Source of the DNA: Bdellovibrionales bacterium
Lineage (GTDB): Bacteria > Bdellovibrionota > Bdellovibrionia > Bdellovibrionales > UBA1609
Direction of reading: 5' to 3'
DNA length: 64,000 bases
Assembly (NCBI GenBank): GCA_965203095.1
Contig: OZ241877.1
Coordinates: 128,001 to 192,000 of the forward strand
The position numbers were made by a program, and so were the translations under genes. Shown here in pieces: positions 42,302 through 50,754 of the stretch (within the stretch, counting starts at the first letter, position 1; each line of letters starts with the position of its first letter). The notes under the pieces were generated by a model. It had not been told where the DNA came from, did not search any database, and worked only from the letters and a program-made list of their open reading frames with translations.

Positions 42302-43582
42302 ATGCTCACAAAAAAAATAAGAGAAAAAGCCGGCCCCACTGCCCAAGCCTTTTTGTATTGGGGGCAAAAAGGCTCTATCCATCAAAAGGAGGTGAATGGT
42401 TTTTTGAGCATTGGAAGGGAAAACCAAAACCTTTTGATTCTCAATGACGGTTTTGTCTCCCGCCACCATGCCCGGATTGAAAAACGAGAGAGCCAAGGAA
42501 TGTATTTCTTGAAAGATATGAATAGCCAAAATGGGGTTTTTCTCAATGGTTCTCGTGTAAAAGAGGCTATCCTGAACCACAATGACAATATTCAAATTGG
42601 GAAAACCCTGTTCACCTTTTCCTGTGAGAGATACAACTATAAACAAAAAATGATATCTCAAAGCCAGAACTCCAAATGGAATGAAATTTTAAGCCGGATC
42701 CCTCATATTTCCCTCAGCTCAGCCCCTATCCTGATATTGGGCCCTTCAGGAAGTGGAAAAGAGTTGATAGCCCAGAAGATTCACAACTGCTCTAAGCGGA
42801 ACAAGGGGCCTTTAGTTAGTATCAACTGCGGTGCTTTAACTGAAAGCCTTATAGAGAGTGAGCTTTTTGGGCATAAAAAAGGGAGTTATACCGGTTCCAT
42901 GGATCATCGGAAGGGGGCTTTTTTAACGGCCTCTAACGGTAGCCTCTTTATGGACGAGATTGGGGATCTCCCCTTACAACAACAAGCCAAACTCCTAAGA
43001 GCTATTGAATATAAAGAAATTAAACCTTTAGGAAGTGATTTGCCCTTAAAAACAGATGTGCGAATCATCTCAGCCACACATCAGGATTTAAAATCTCGAA
43101 TAGAAAGGCAAGAATTTAGAAAAGATCTCTATTTCCGGTTAAATGTAATCAGCATTACTGTTCCTGCATTGAAGGACAGAATGGAGGATTTTGAACCTCT
43201 ATTCCGATATTTTTGTTTGATTTATGGAGTCACCTTTTCCTCTCAAGCTCTTGCACTCTTTAAAAATTACCATTGGCCGGGGAATATTAGAGAGCTTAAA
43301 AACACTGTGGAGAGGGCTAAGGCTTTGTTTGCAGGTGAGATTTTAGATAAAGAAAAGGCTTTAAGCCTTATAGACAACTTAGAGGAAGATAACAAAAAAA
43401 GGCGAGAACCCCTTTGGCTTTTAGAAAAAAAGACTATCACCAGAGCCTTATCCCTTTACCGGGGCAATCAAACCAAAGCTTCTCAGTTTTTAGACATCCC
43501 CCGAAGTTCTCTTAACGACAAAATCAAGGTTTACCAAATTAAAGTCTCTCAGTTTAAAAAGAGCAAAGCCAAAAAAACATAG
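42302..43582 (+). CDS. FHA-domain sigma54-dependent transcriptional activator
   Basis: IGR..VSRHHA..SQNG (FHA). GPSGSGKE, ESELFGHKKGSYTGS, DEIGD, WPGNIREL, HTH. Confidence 0.9.
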   Translation: MLTKKIREKAGPTAQAFLYWGQKGSIHQKEVNGFLSIGRENQNLLILNDGFVSRHHARIEKRESQGMYFLKDMNSQNGVFLNGSRVKEAILNHNDNIQIGKTLFTFSCERYNYKQKMISQSQNSKWNEILSRIPHISLSSAPILILGPSGSGKELIAQKIHNCSKRNKGPLVSINCGALTESLIESELFGHKKGSYTGSMDHRKGAFLTASNGSLFMDEIGDLPLQQQAKLLRAIEYKEIKPLGSDLPLKTDVRIISATHQDLKSRIERQEFRKDLYFRLNVISITVPALKDRMEDFEPLFRYFCLIYGVTFSSQALALFKNYHWPGNIRELKNTVERAKALFAGEILDKEKALSLIDNLEEDNKKRREPLWLLEKKTITRALSLYRGNQTKASQFLDIPRSSLNDKIKVYQIKVSQFKKSKAKKT

Positions 43583-43631
43583 AGGAAACTCAGTAATCAC
43601 CCCTGCAAAAACTTACGGATTTACATTGGAT

Positions 43632-44516
43632 TTATCTACGGCTAATTTTAGTCCATATATGGGAAAAATCTTTATCCGCATGGCCCTCTTCAAAATGCTT
43701 TTTATACATTTCAAAAGCCTGAGGGCCCAACTGAAAAGTGCAAGTGCTTTGTTCTATAGATTTTTTTGCCAGCTCCAGATCTTTTAACATGAGCCGGACA
43801 GTAAAACCCCCTTTATAACCTTGGGAAGAGGGAGCTGATTCCATAAGGCCAGGGCAAGGGTTATATTTTTCCAAAGACCAATTATTTCCGGAACTGACTT
43901 TCATAATCTGACTTAAAAGTTCCGGTGAGAGACCCATAGCCTGACCCAAAGCCAAAGCCTCACAAGTGCCTATCATGTGAATAGCTAAAAGCATGTTATT
44001 GCAAATTTTAACAGCTTGTCCGGCCCCTGGGCCCCCAACATAAAAAATAGTTTTCCCCATGGCTTTTAAAAAAGGCTCGGCCTCTTTTAAATCCTCTTTA
44101 TCCCCACCGGCCATAAAGGTTAAAGTCCCCTCTTGAGCACCCTTTGTTCCGCCAGAAACAGGAATGGACAAAAAACGAAGCCCCCTTTCCCTGGCTTCTT
44201 CATAAATACTGAGCACATCCTGCGGATAAGCTGTGGAACAGTCCACAATCAAAGTCCCTTTTTTTAAAAAAGAAAAGAGCTTTTGTTGCTCCAAATAAAG
44301 TTGCCGGATCTCCTCCCCTCCCCTCAGCATGGAGAACACTATATCCGGCTGAGCCGAACGGAGATCACTCAACCACTTTCCCCCAGCTTTTTGAAAAGGC
44401 TCGCGAACCTCAGGCCGAATGTCAAAACCATACAGCTTATAACCCTGGCTCAAAAGCCGGCGGGCCATATTCCCTCCCATATTTCCTAAACCAACAAACA
44501 GAAGTTGTTTTTCCAT
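43632..44516 (-). CDS. mmsB: 3-hydroxyisobutyrate dehydrogenase
   Basis: GLGNMGGNMA, PVSGG, KICNNMLL, WSLEKYNPCPG motifs. Confidence 0.9.
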   Translation of the reverse strand: MEKQLLFVGLGNMGGNMARRLLSQGYKLYGFDIRPEVREPFQKAGGKWLSDLRSAQPDIVFSMLRGGEEIRQLYLEQQKLFSFLKKGTLIVDCSTAYPQDVLSIYEEARERGLRFLSIPVSGGTKGAQEGTLTFMAGGDKEDLKEAEPFLKAMGKTIFYVGGPGAGQAVKICNNMLLAIHMIGTCEALALGQAMGLSPELLSQIMKVSSGNNWSLEKYNPCPGLMESAPSSQGYKGGFTVRLMLKDLELAKKSIEQSTCTFQLGPQAFEMYKKHFEEGHADKDFSHIWTKISRR

Positions 44517-44627
44517 ATTCTTTTAAAGCTATGCCGAATGAGCGGGCTTTTTGTCAATATTTTTAAGTCAAGACTGAACTATTCACCCAAGAAAAAGCCT
44601 TTCCCAAAAACCGAGAAGGGGGCTAAG

Positions 44628-45785
44628 CTAAACTTTTAAACGGCAGTCCCAAGCCTTATCCGCTACAAAATATTTATCCACTTCTGACCAACTTAACTCT
44701 TCCACATGATGGGGTTGCCACTGAGGATTTTTTGTTTTCTCAATTAAAAGGGCACGGACCCCTTCTAAAAAATCCGGCCGGCGGGCCATCTGCATAGATA
44801 GCACAGTCTCCATTTCAAAAAGGGATTTTTGAAGTTTTTGCTTTTGTGAGGAGGATAAAAAAAGCTTTTCCATCTGTTTTGCCCTTTTCAACTGCTCTAA
44901 CAAAACAGCTAAAGAGGAGGGGGAAGCTTTTAAAAAATTCTGCCGGTTCCGCTCCCATTTTTTGTCCTCCCGCTCGGCTTTAGAAAAATAATCATAAAGG
45001 GCGGGCAAGCTTTTACAGCTCATAGCTTTAATAATGTCCGGTTTAAACTTCTCTATCCAACAGGCTGAACCATCTAAAAACGAAGGTTTTTTATAAAAAT
45101 CTTTAAGTTTATCATCCAACTCCTCTTTATTTTTGAAGGAAGAGCTGAGCAAAAAATCCAAAACATTTTGTTTCTCTTTTTGCGGGAAGGCCCACTCACT
45201 CAAATTTAAAAAAAGAGCCTCTTTAACATCCAAGGGGCAAGCTGTTAAAGCCATATACTTGCCCATATCATTTTGAATTTGATTTAAAAAATAAGAGGCC
45301 CCCACATCGGGAAAAAAACCAATCCCTGCTTCTGGCATAGCGAGCCGGCTGTTTTCCGTCAAAATAGGATGAGAGGCCGACATAAAAAGCCCCATCCCCC
45401 CTCCCATGACTATTCCATTACCCCACAAAATAACCGGTTTATGGAATTGACAAAGCCTGTAATCCGTCTCATACTCTGTTTGAAAAAAATGTTGAACCGC
45501 CAGGGCCGGATCCCTTCCCTGTTTTTGGCTTTCCTCAATGATCCGATACACCTGAACCACATCCCCACCGGCACAAAAAGCCCTCTCCCCTGTAGAATGA
45601 ATAAATAGGGCGGAAAGCTCTTTTCTATTCTCCCACTCCCTGACTTTCCTGTTTAAAGCAGAGATCATCTCCCAGTTTAAAACATTTAATTTTTCCGGAT
45701 AATTGAGTTTTATATCCAACAAAACAGATCCATCGCTTTTTACCCGTTCTTTAAACTCAATAAAATCTCTTGGAGTTTTAGACAT
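44628..45785 (-). CDS. 3-hydroxyisobutyryl-CoA hydrolase (crotonase family)
   Basis: AFCAGGD, GIVMGGGMG, MPEAGIGFFPDVG, EGVRALLIEK motifs. Confidence 0.88.
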   Translation of the reverse strand: MSKTPRDFIEFKERVKSDGSVLLDIKLNYPEKLNVLNWEMISALNRKVREWENRKELSALFIHSTGERAFCAGGDVVQVYRIIEESQKQGRDPALAVQHFFQTEYETDYRLCQFHKPVILWGNGIVMGGGMGLFMSASHPILTENSRLAMPEAGIGFFPDVGASYFLNQIQNDMGKYMALTACPLDVKEALFLNLSEWAFPQKEKQNVLDFLLSSSFKNKEELDDKLKDFYKKPSFLDGSACWIEKFKPDIIKAMSCKSLPALYDYFSKAEREDKKWERNRQNFLKASPSSLAVLLEQLKRAKQMEKLFLSSSQKQKLQKSLFEMETVLSMQMARRPDFLEGVRALLIEKTKNPQWQPHHVEELSWSEVDKYFVADKAWDCRLKV

Positions 45786-45993
45786 GTTTTTATTTTATCT
45801 CTTTTGAGCTTATTATGTCCAATAAGAAAGTTAAGAGCAGGACAAAACACAGTATTTAATCGCCTGTGAAAAGGCTAAAAAATGATTCTGTCAGCGAAAT
45901 AATGAACATTTACAATCCCGTGAAAACGGGAATCCAAAAAAGCCTGATAGAATAGGCTTTTATAGGCTTTCTGCACAAAAATTTAAAAAATAT

Positions 45994-46020
45994 TAAAGTT
46001 TTCCGGCCATCAGCCGATAA
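45994..46020 (+). promoter_or_regulatory. sigma28 (FliA)-consensus promoter (second copy 49285-49311)
   Basis: TAAAGTTT-N11-GCCGATAA, 10 nt before the ATG. Confidence 0.8.
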
Positions 46021-46030
46021 GATTGTTGAG

Positions 46031-46990
46031 ATGTTTTATTTACTATTTCCATTGTTCTTAATTTTTAATGCTCATTCTATGGGCCCTGATAGTCATGATC
46101 ATCATGATCACTCCAGCCATCATCCCAATGTTCAAAAAATAAAACTCACTAAACAAATTAAACAAGGGAAAAGAGTGGATTTGCGAGGGAAAAAATTGCA
46201 GGGAGTGAACTGGCAAAATTTGGACTTACGAAAAGTGAACTTGCGGGGGGCGATATTAACAAAAGCCAACTTACAAGGGGCAAATTTGCAAGGAGTGGAC
46301 TTAAGCCATACCAACATAGAACATGCGAATTTATCTCAAGCCAACTTGCAAAAAGCCAATTTGCGAGGGGCAAACTTAATGAAGACCAATTTGCAAGAGG
46401 CAAACTTACAGAATGCGATCCTCTATAGAGCGGATTTGCGATTAGCAAAAATGCGAGAAGCGAATTTAGATAAGGCGGACCTCCGGGAAGCAAAATTGCT
46501 GAAAACAGATTTGATGGAAGCCAACTTAAGCCATGCTGACTTGCGGAAAGCAAAATTATTTAAAGTGAATTTGCCGGGGGCGAAATTGACAGAGGCGGAT
46601 TTGCAGGGGGCGAACTTACAAAAAGCTGACTTGCGATATGCTAATCTGACAAGGACGGGCTTAATGTTTGCAGACCTGAGGCATGCCCAATTGAAGAATG
46701 CGAAATTGATAGAGGCAGTTTTGACGGGGGCGGACTTGCAAAATGCCAACTTGTATGCAAGTGTATTGTATAAAGCCGACTTGAAGTCAGCACTGTTGAA
46801 TAATGCTAACTTGCAGTATGCCAACTTGGAGGAAGCAAAAAACTTGCTGTCTGCGAGCTTTAATACTGCCGACTTGAACCATGCAATTATAAATAAAAGT
46901 TATAAAGATCAATTGCATGGAGCTAAAAACATAGAGCATGTTCAATGGATAGAAGGATTCTGTTATGATTGCGAAGGCCAGAATCCATAA
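46031..46990 (+). CDS. Secreted pentapeptide-repeat protein, His-rich N-terminus (copy 1)
   Basis: Signal peptide, HDHHDHSSHH, A(N/D)Lxx repeats, C-terminal CYDC. Confidence 0.9.
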   Translation: MFYLLFPLFLIFNAHSMGPDSHDHHDHSSHHPNVQKIKLTKQIKQGKRVDLRGKKLQGVNWQNLDLRKVNLRGAILTKANLQGANLQGVDLSHTNIEHANLSQANLQKANLRGANLMKTNLQEANLQNAILYRADLRLAKMREANLDKADLREAKLLKTDLMEANLSHADLRKAKLFKVNLPGAKLTEADLQGANLQKADLRYANLTRTGLMFADLRHAQLKNAKLIEAVLTGADLQNANLYASVLYKADLKSALLNNANLQYANLEEAKNLLSASFNTADLNHAIINKSYKDQLHGAKNIEHVQWIEGFCYDCEGQNP

Positions 46991-47060
46991 AAGCCGGCTC
47001 CTGTGAAAATTCGTCTTTCCCCCCTATAAGCAAGAAGCCACTTCATAAAGCAAAACTATT

Positions 47061-47252
47061 TAGTCATCTGCGAAAAAGCCTCAGTTAGTCCTTCTCATTC
47101 TCTGCTTTTACAGGGGTAGACTTTTCAATCACTTTTGCCTAAAGGCCGTCCCATGAGGGTCCAAGGTATTGCCGTCCCGAAATGGGACGGACCTTTAGGC
47201 AAAGAAACTGAAGAATCCCCTGTGAATTATAGAGGTTTTTCACGAGCGACTA
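47061..47252 (+). repeat. MITE-like element type A (copy at 50352-50543)
   Basis: Imperfect TIRs tagtcatctgcgaaaaa / tttttcacgagcgacta. Hairpin 47134-47203 with 27-nt core at 47155-47181. Confidence 0.75.
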
Positions 47253-47258
47253 TTTAGT

Positions 47259-49179
47259 CCCGACTTCCGCATTTTGTGATCAGGAATCCAGTATTATCAA
47301 GGGTTTGCGAGGAGGCTTGGGTCACTACATTCAAGACTTTAGTTTGTGATATTAGGACATAAATTTAATAGTTCGTGGGAAGGTTTTGTTAAAGGCTTTG
47401 TAGATATTCTTTTGTGTTTCGTTGATTGTAGAAGGCAGGAAGAATTTCTTTCCTGTGGATGTGTCCTCTATATAACTGATTTGGACAAGACTTAATTCTT
47501 GTTTAATGACTTCAAAACTAAGGTTTATATTTTTAGATTTCAAAACATGCCTCACAAAAACCGTCAGACCATAAGCTATAAAACATATTAACACATGAGC
47601 CTTTATCCTTCTCGGTGTCCAATGATAGATAGGTCTCATCTTCAAATCATGTTTGTTCATACGAAAAGCAGATTCTATTTGCCAAAGATTTTTGTATTTT
47701 TCCAATATGTTATGGGCCGTCTCTTTTTTGTTGTTTACAGCTACAGCACTGAATCCGTCCCATAAACGCTCCGCTTGTATCTTGTCTTCATTTAAAACAG
47801 CCCAACCCTTCTGTTTTAACTCCAAATACTTCTTAAGTCCTGTGTTTTTAACCAAATCCTTCACACGAACCCGACCACCTTTCATCTTTTCTTTTATCTT
47901 AACTAAAAGCTTTTCTCTTTCTTTTCTATCCTTATCCGCTCTGGCCCGATCATAACGGACAATGAGACGAAAACCCTCCCACTCATATTCCCTCGTCCAG
48001 CCTCGAACCTTTCTAAAATCCCCTCTTTTAGAAAAAGCAGGAGCTTCCGACAACACCCTCTCCTTCAAAGACTTCTTCATTGACTTCAGCCGGGCCCCAG
48101 CTATAAACTGAACTTTCCTTTTATCCATCTCAAAAAGATTTTTCTTGGAAAACATCCCACGATCAGCAACTAAAAACACATCCCGAATATCATAACTCTT
48201 TGATATATTATCTATCGTCTGGAGCAAAGTATTGCCCTCAAAAGTATTACCAGAAAAAAGCTCATAACCTATAGGCAAACCCCCTTTAGTCGTCATCAAA
48301 GACAGAACAACCTGTGTCTCTTTGATCTTATTGTCCTTGCTAAAACCACAACTCCTCAAATCATCCTCCATAAAACTCTCAAAATACAATGTCGTCACAT
48401 CAAAAAACACAACATCAATACGCTCTTTAAACAAACTCAATGTCCTCTCGGTTAGCTTGCCTTTTAAAATCTCACTATTCTTATAAACCTTGTCCATCAT
48501 CCGATAAACACGATCCAAAGGTATAGAATGAACACCAGCAGACCTTCTGCTTATGTCCAAAACACTACCCCGCTTACTCATTGGACTTTTTAACCGATGT
48601 AAAACCATATCCTTCAACAATTGACTGGCCTCTCTATGCTTATATCCCTCATTAAAACAGGACGATAAACCCAGCTCATCGTAAACCTTGCCAAATATGT
48701 CTGAAATCCCCACAACTTGACGACTCTCCTCTTTCAGACTTGGTGCATGAACCATATCTCCAGGATAAAAACTCCTCGCCTTCTCTCTTGCAGGGTCCTC
48801 CTTGGACTCCTCCTTAAAAAGTGGGGACTGATCTTTTTCTTTTAAGTCCCGAATAACTTTTCTGCCGATCTTGTAAAATAAAGCAATTTTCTCTTTATCG
48901 CTTTGATGGCAATGTCCTACACAGCCAATAGTCTCTTGTCTGACTTTTTTGCCTTCTCTACGGCTTCTGACCACACGGATGGAAACATGGCCATTGGCTT
49001 TTTTAACTTCACGAATAAACATACTGGCAGAATAAGAGAAGACAGAAGGCTTGTCAAGTAAATAAATTAAAAATATTGCTTTATTTTTATCAAGGGCCAC
49101 TACACCCCAACACAACAATAAAAAGCCCATAAACTGGGCCTTTTAAACCCTTACAACCCTACAAAATGCGGAAGTCGGG
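47259..49179 (-). mobile_element. IS1634-family insertion sequence
   Basis: Perfect 19-bp TIR cccgacttccgcattttgt / acaaaatgcggaagtcggg enclosing a single DDE transposase. Confidence 0.92.
47352..49022 (-). CDS. IS1634-family transposase
   Basis: MFIREVK start. FFDVTTLYFES, GFSKD, VADRGM, WQIESAFR, RPIYHW..RIKAHVLICF motifs. Confidence 0.92.
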   Translation of the reverse strand: MFIREVKKANGHVSIRVVRSRREGKKVRQETIGCVGHCHQSDKEKIALFYKIGRKVIRDLKEKDQSPLFKEESKEDPAREKARSFYPGDMVHAPSLKEESRQVVGISDIFGKVYDELGLSSCFNEGYKHREASQLLKDMVLHRLKSPMSKRGSVLDISRRSAGVHSIPLDRVYRMMDKVYKNSEILKGKLTERTLSLFKERIDVVFFDVTTLYFESFMEDDLRSCGFSKDNKIKETQVVLSLMTTKGGLPIGYELFSGNTFEGNTLLQTIDNISKSYDIRDVFLVADRGMFSKKNLFEMDKRKVQFIAGARLKSMKKSLKERVLSEAPAFSKRGDFRKVRGWTREYEWEGFRLIVRYDRARADKDRKEREKLLVKIKEKMKGGRVRVKDLVKNTGLKKYLELKQKGWAVLNEDKIQAERLWDGFSAVAVNNKKETAHNILEKYKNLWQIESAFRMNKHDLKMRPIYHWTPRRIKAHVLICFIAYGLTVFVRHVLKSKNINLSFEVIKQELSLVQISYIEDTSTGKKFFLPSTINETQKNIYKAFNKTFPRTIKFMS

Positions 49180-50549
49180 TGTCAGCGAAATAATGAACAT
49201 TTACAATCCCGTGAAAACGGGAATCCAAAAAAGCCTGATAGAATAGGCTTTTATAGGCTTTCTGCACAAAAATTTAAAAAATATTAAAGTTTTCCGGCCA
49301 TCAGCCGATAAGATTGTTGAGATGTTTTATTTACTATTTCCATTGTTCTTAATTTTTAATGCTCATTCTATGGGCAATGATAGTCATGATCATCATGATC
49401 ACTCCAGCCATCATCCCAATGTTCAAAAAATAAAACTCACTAAACAAATTAAACAAGGGAAAAGAGTGGATTTGCGAGGGAAAAAATTGCAGGGAGTGAA
49501 CTGGCAAAATTTGGACTTACGAAAAGTGAACTTGCGGGGGGCGATATTAACAAAAGCCAACTTACAAGGGGCAAATTTGCAAGGAGTGGACTTAAGCCAT
49601 ACCAACATAGAACATGCGAATTTATCTCAAGCCAACTTGCAAAAAGCCAATTTGCGAGGGGCAAACTTAATGAAGACCAATTTGCAAGAGGCAAACTTAC
49701 AGAATGCGATCCTCTATAGAGCGGATTTGCGATTAGCAAAAATGCGAGAAGCGAATTTAGATAAGGCGGACCTCCGGGAAGCAAAATTGCTGAAAACAGA
49801 TTTGATGGAAGCCAACTTAAGCCATGCTGACTTGCGGAAAGCAAAATTATTTAAAGTGAATTTGCCGGGGGCGAAATTGACAGAGGCGGATTTGCAGGGG
49901 GCGAACTTACAAAAAGCTGACTTGCGATATGCTAATCTGACAAGGACGGGCTTAATGTTTGCAGACCTGAGGCATGCCCAATTGAAGAATGCGAAATTGA
50001 TAGAGGCAGTTTTGACGGGGGCGGACTTGCAAAATGCCAACTTGTATGCAAGTGTATTGTATAAAGCCGACTTGAAGTCAGCACTGTTGAATAATGCTAA
50101 CTTGCAGTATGCCAACTTGGAGGAAGCAAAAAACTTGCTGTCTGCGAGCTTTAATACTGCCGACTTGAACCATGCAATTATAAATAAAAGTTATAAAGAT
50201 CAATTGCATGGAGCTAAAAACATAGAGCATGTTCAATGGATAGAAGGATTCTGTTATGATTGCGAAGGCCAGGATCCATAAAAGCCGGCTCCTGTGAAAA
50301 TTCGTCTTTCCCCCCTATAAGCAAGAAGCCACTTCATAAAGCAAAACTATTTAGTCATCTGCGAAAAAGCCTCAGTTAGTCCTTCTCATTCTCTGCTTTT
50401 ACAGGGGTAGACTTTTCAATCACTTTTGCCTAAAGGCCGTCCCATGAGGGTCCAAGGTATTGCCGTCCCGAAATGAGACGGACCTTTAGGCAAAGAAACT
50501 GAAGAATCCCCTGTGAATTATAGAGGTTTTTCACGAGCGACTATTTAGT
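49180..50549 (+). repeat. Right copy of 1370-bp direct repeat
   Basis: Begins tgtcagcgaaat immediately after the right TIR and ends tatttagt. Confidence 0.95.
49322..50281 (+). CDS. Secreted pentapeptide-repeat protein (copy 2)
   Basis: Identical to 46031-46990 except P19N and N318D. Confidence 0.9.
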   Translation: MFYLLFPLFLIFNAHSMGNDSHDHHDHSSHHPNVQKIKLTKQIKQGKRVDLRGKKLQGVNWQNLDLRKVNLRGAILTKANLQGANLQGVDLSHTNIEHANLSQANLQKANLRGANLMKTNLQEANLQNAILYRADLRLAKMREANLDKADLREAKLLKTDLMEANLSHADLRKAKLFKVNLPGAKLTEADLQGANLQKADLRYANLTRTGLMFADLRHAQLKNAKLIEAVLTGADLQNANLYASVLYKADLKSALLNNANLQYANLEEAKNLLSASFNTADLNHAIINKSYKDQLHGAKNIEHVQWIEGFCYDCEGQDP

Positions 50550-50702
50550 CATCTGCGAAAAAGCTGGCCAAAAAACCTCGTCCTCTTTTTCCTGCTTTTG
50601 TCCAAAGGCCATTCCATGAGGGTCCAAGGTATTGCCGTCCCGAAATGGAATGGTCCTTTGGACAAAAAAAGTTAAAAAACAAAGGTTTTTCACGGACAAC
50701 TA
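50546..50702 (+). repeat. MITE-like element type B (157 bp)
   Basis: TIR-like ends, core at 50618-50644, near reverse complement of 53735-53891. Confidence 0.8.
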
Positions 50703-50754
50703 AATAGCAAAAACAGACTTGAAAATCTTTTTTTTATTGATAATACTGCCCCTT

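Larger units (their letters stand above)
45889..47258 (+). repeat. Left copy of 1370-bp direct repeat flanking IS1634
   Basis: Matches 49180-50549 at constant offset 3291; only 4 substitutions spotted by eye. Confidence 0.95.
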
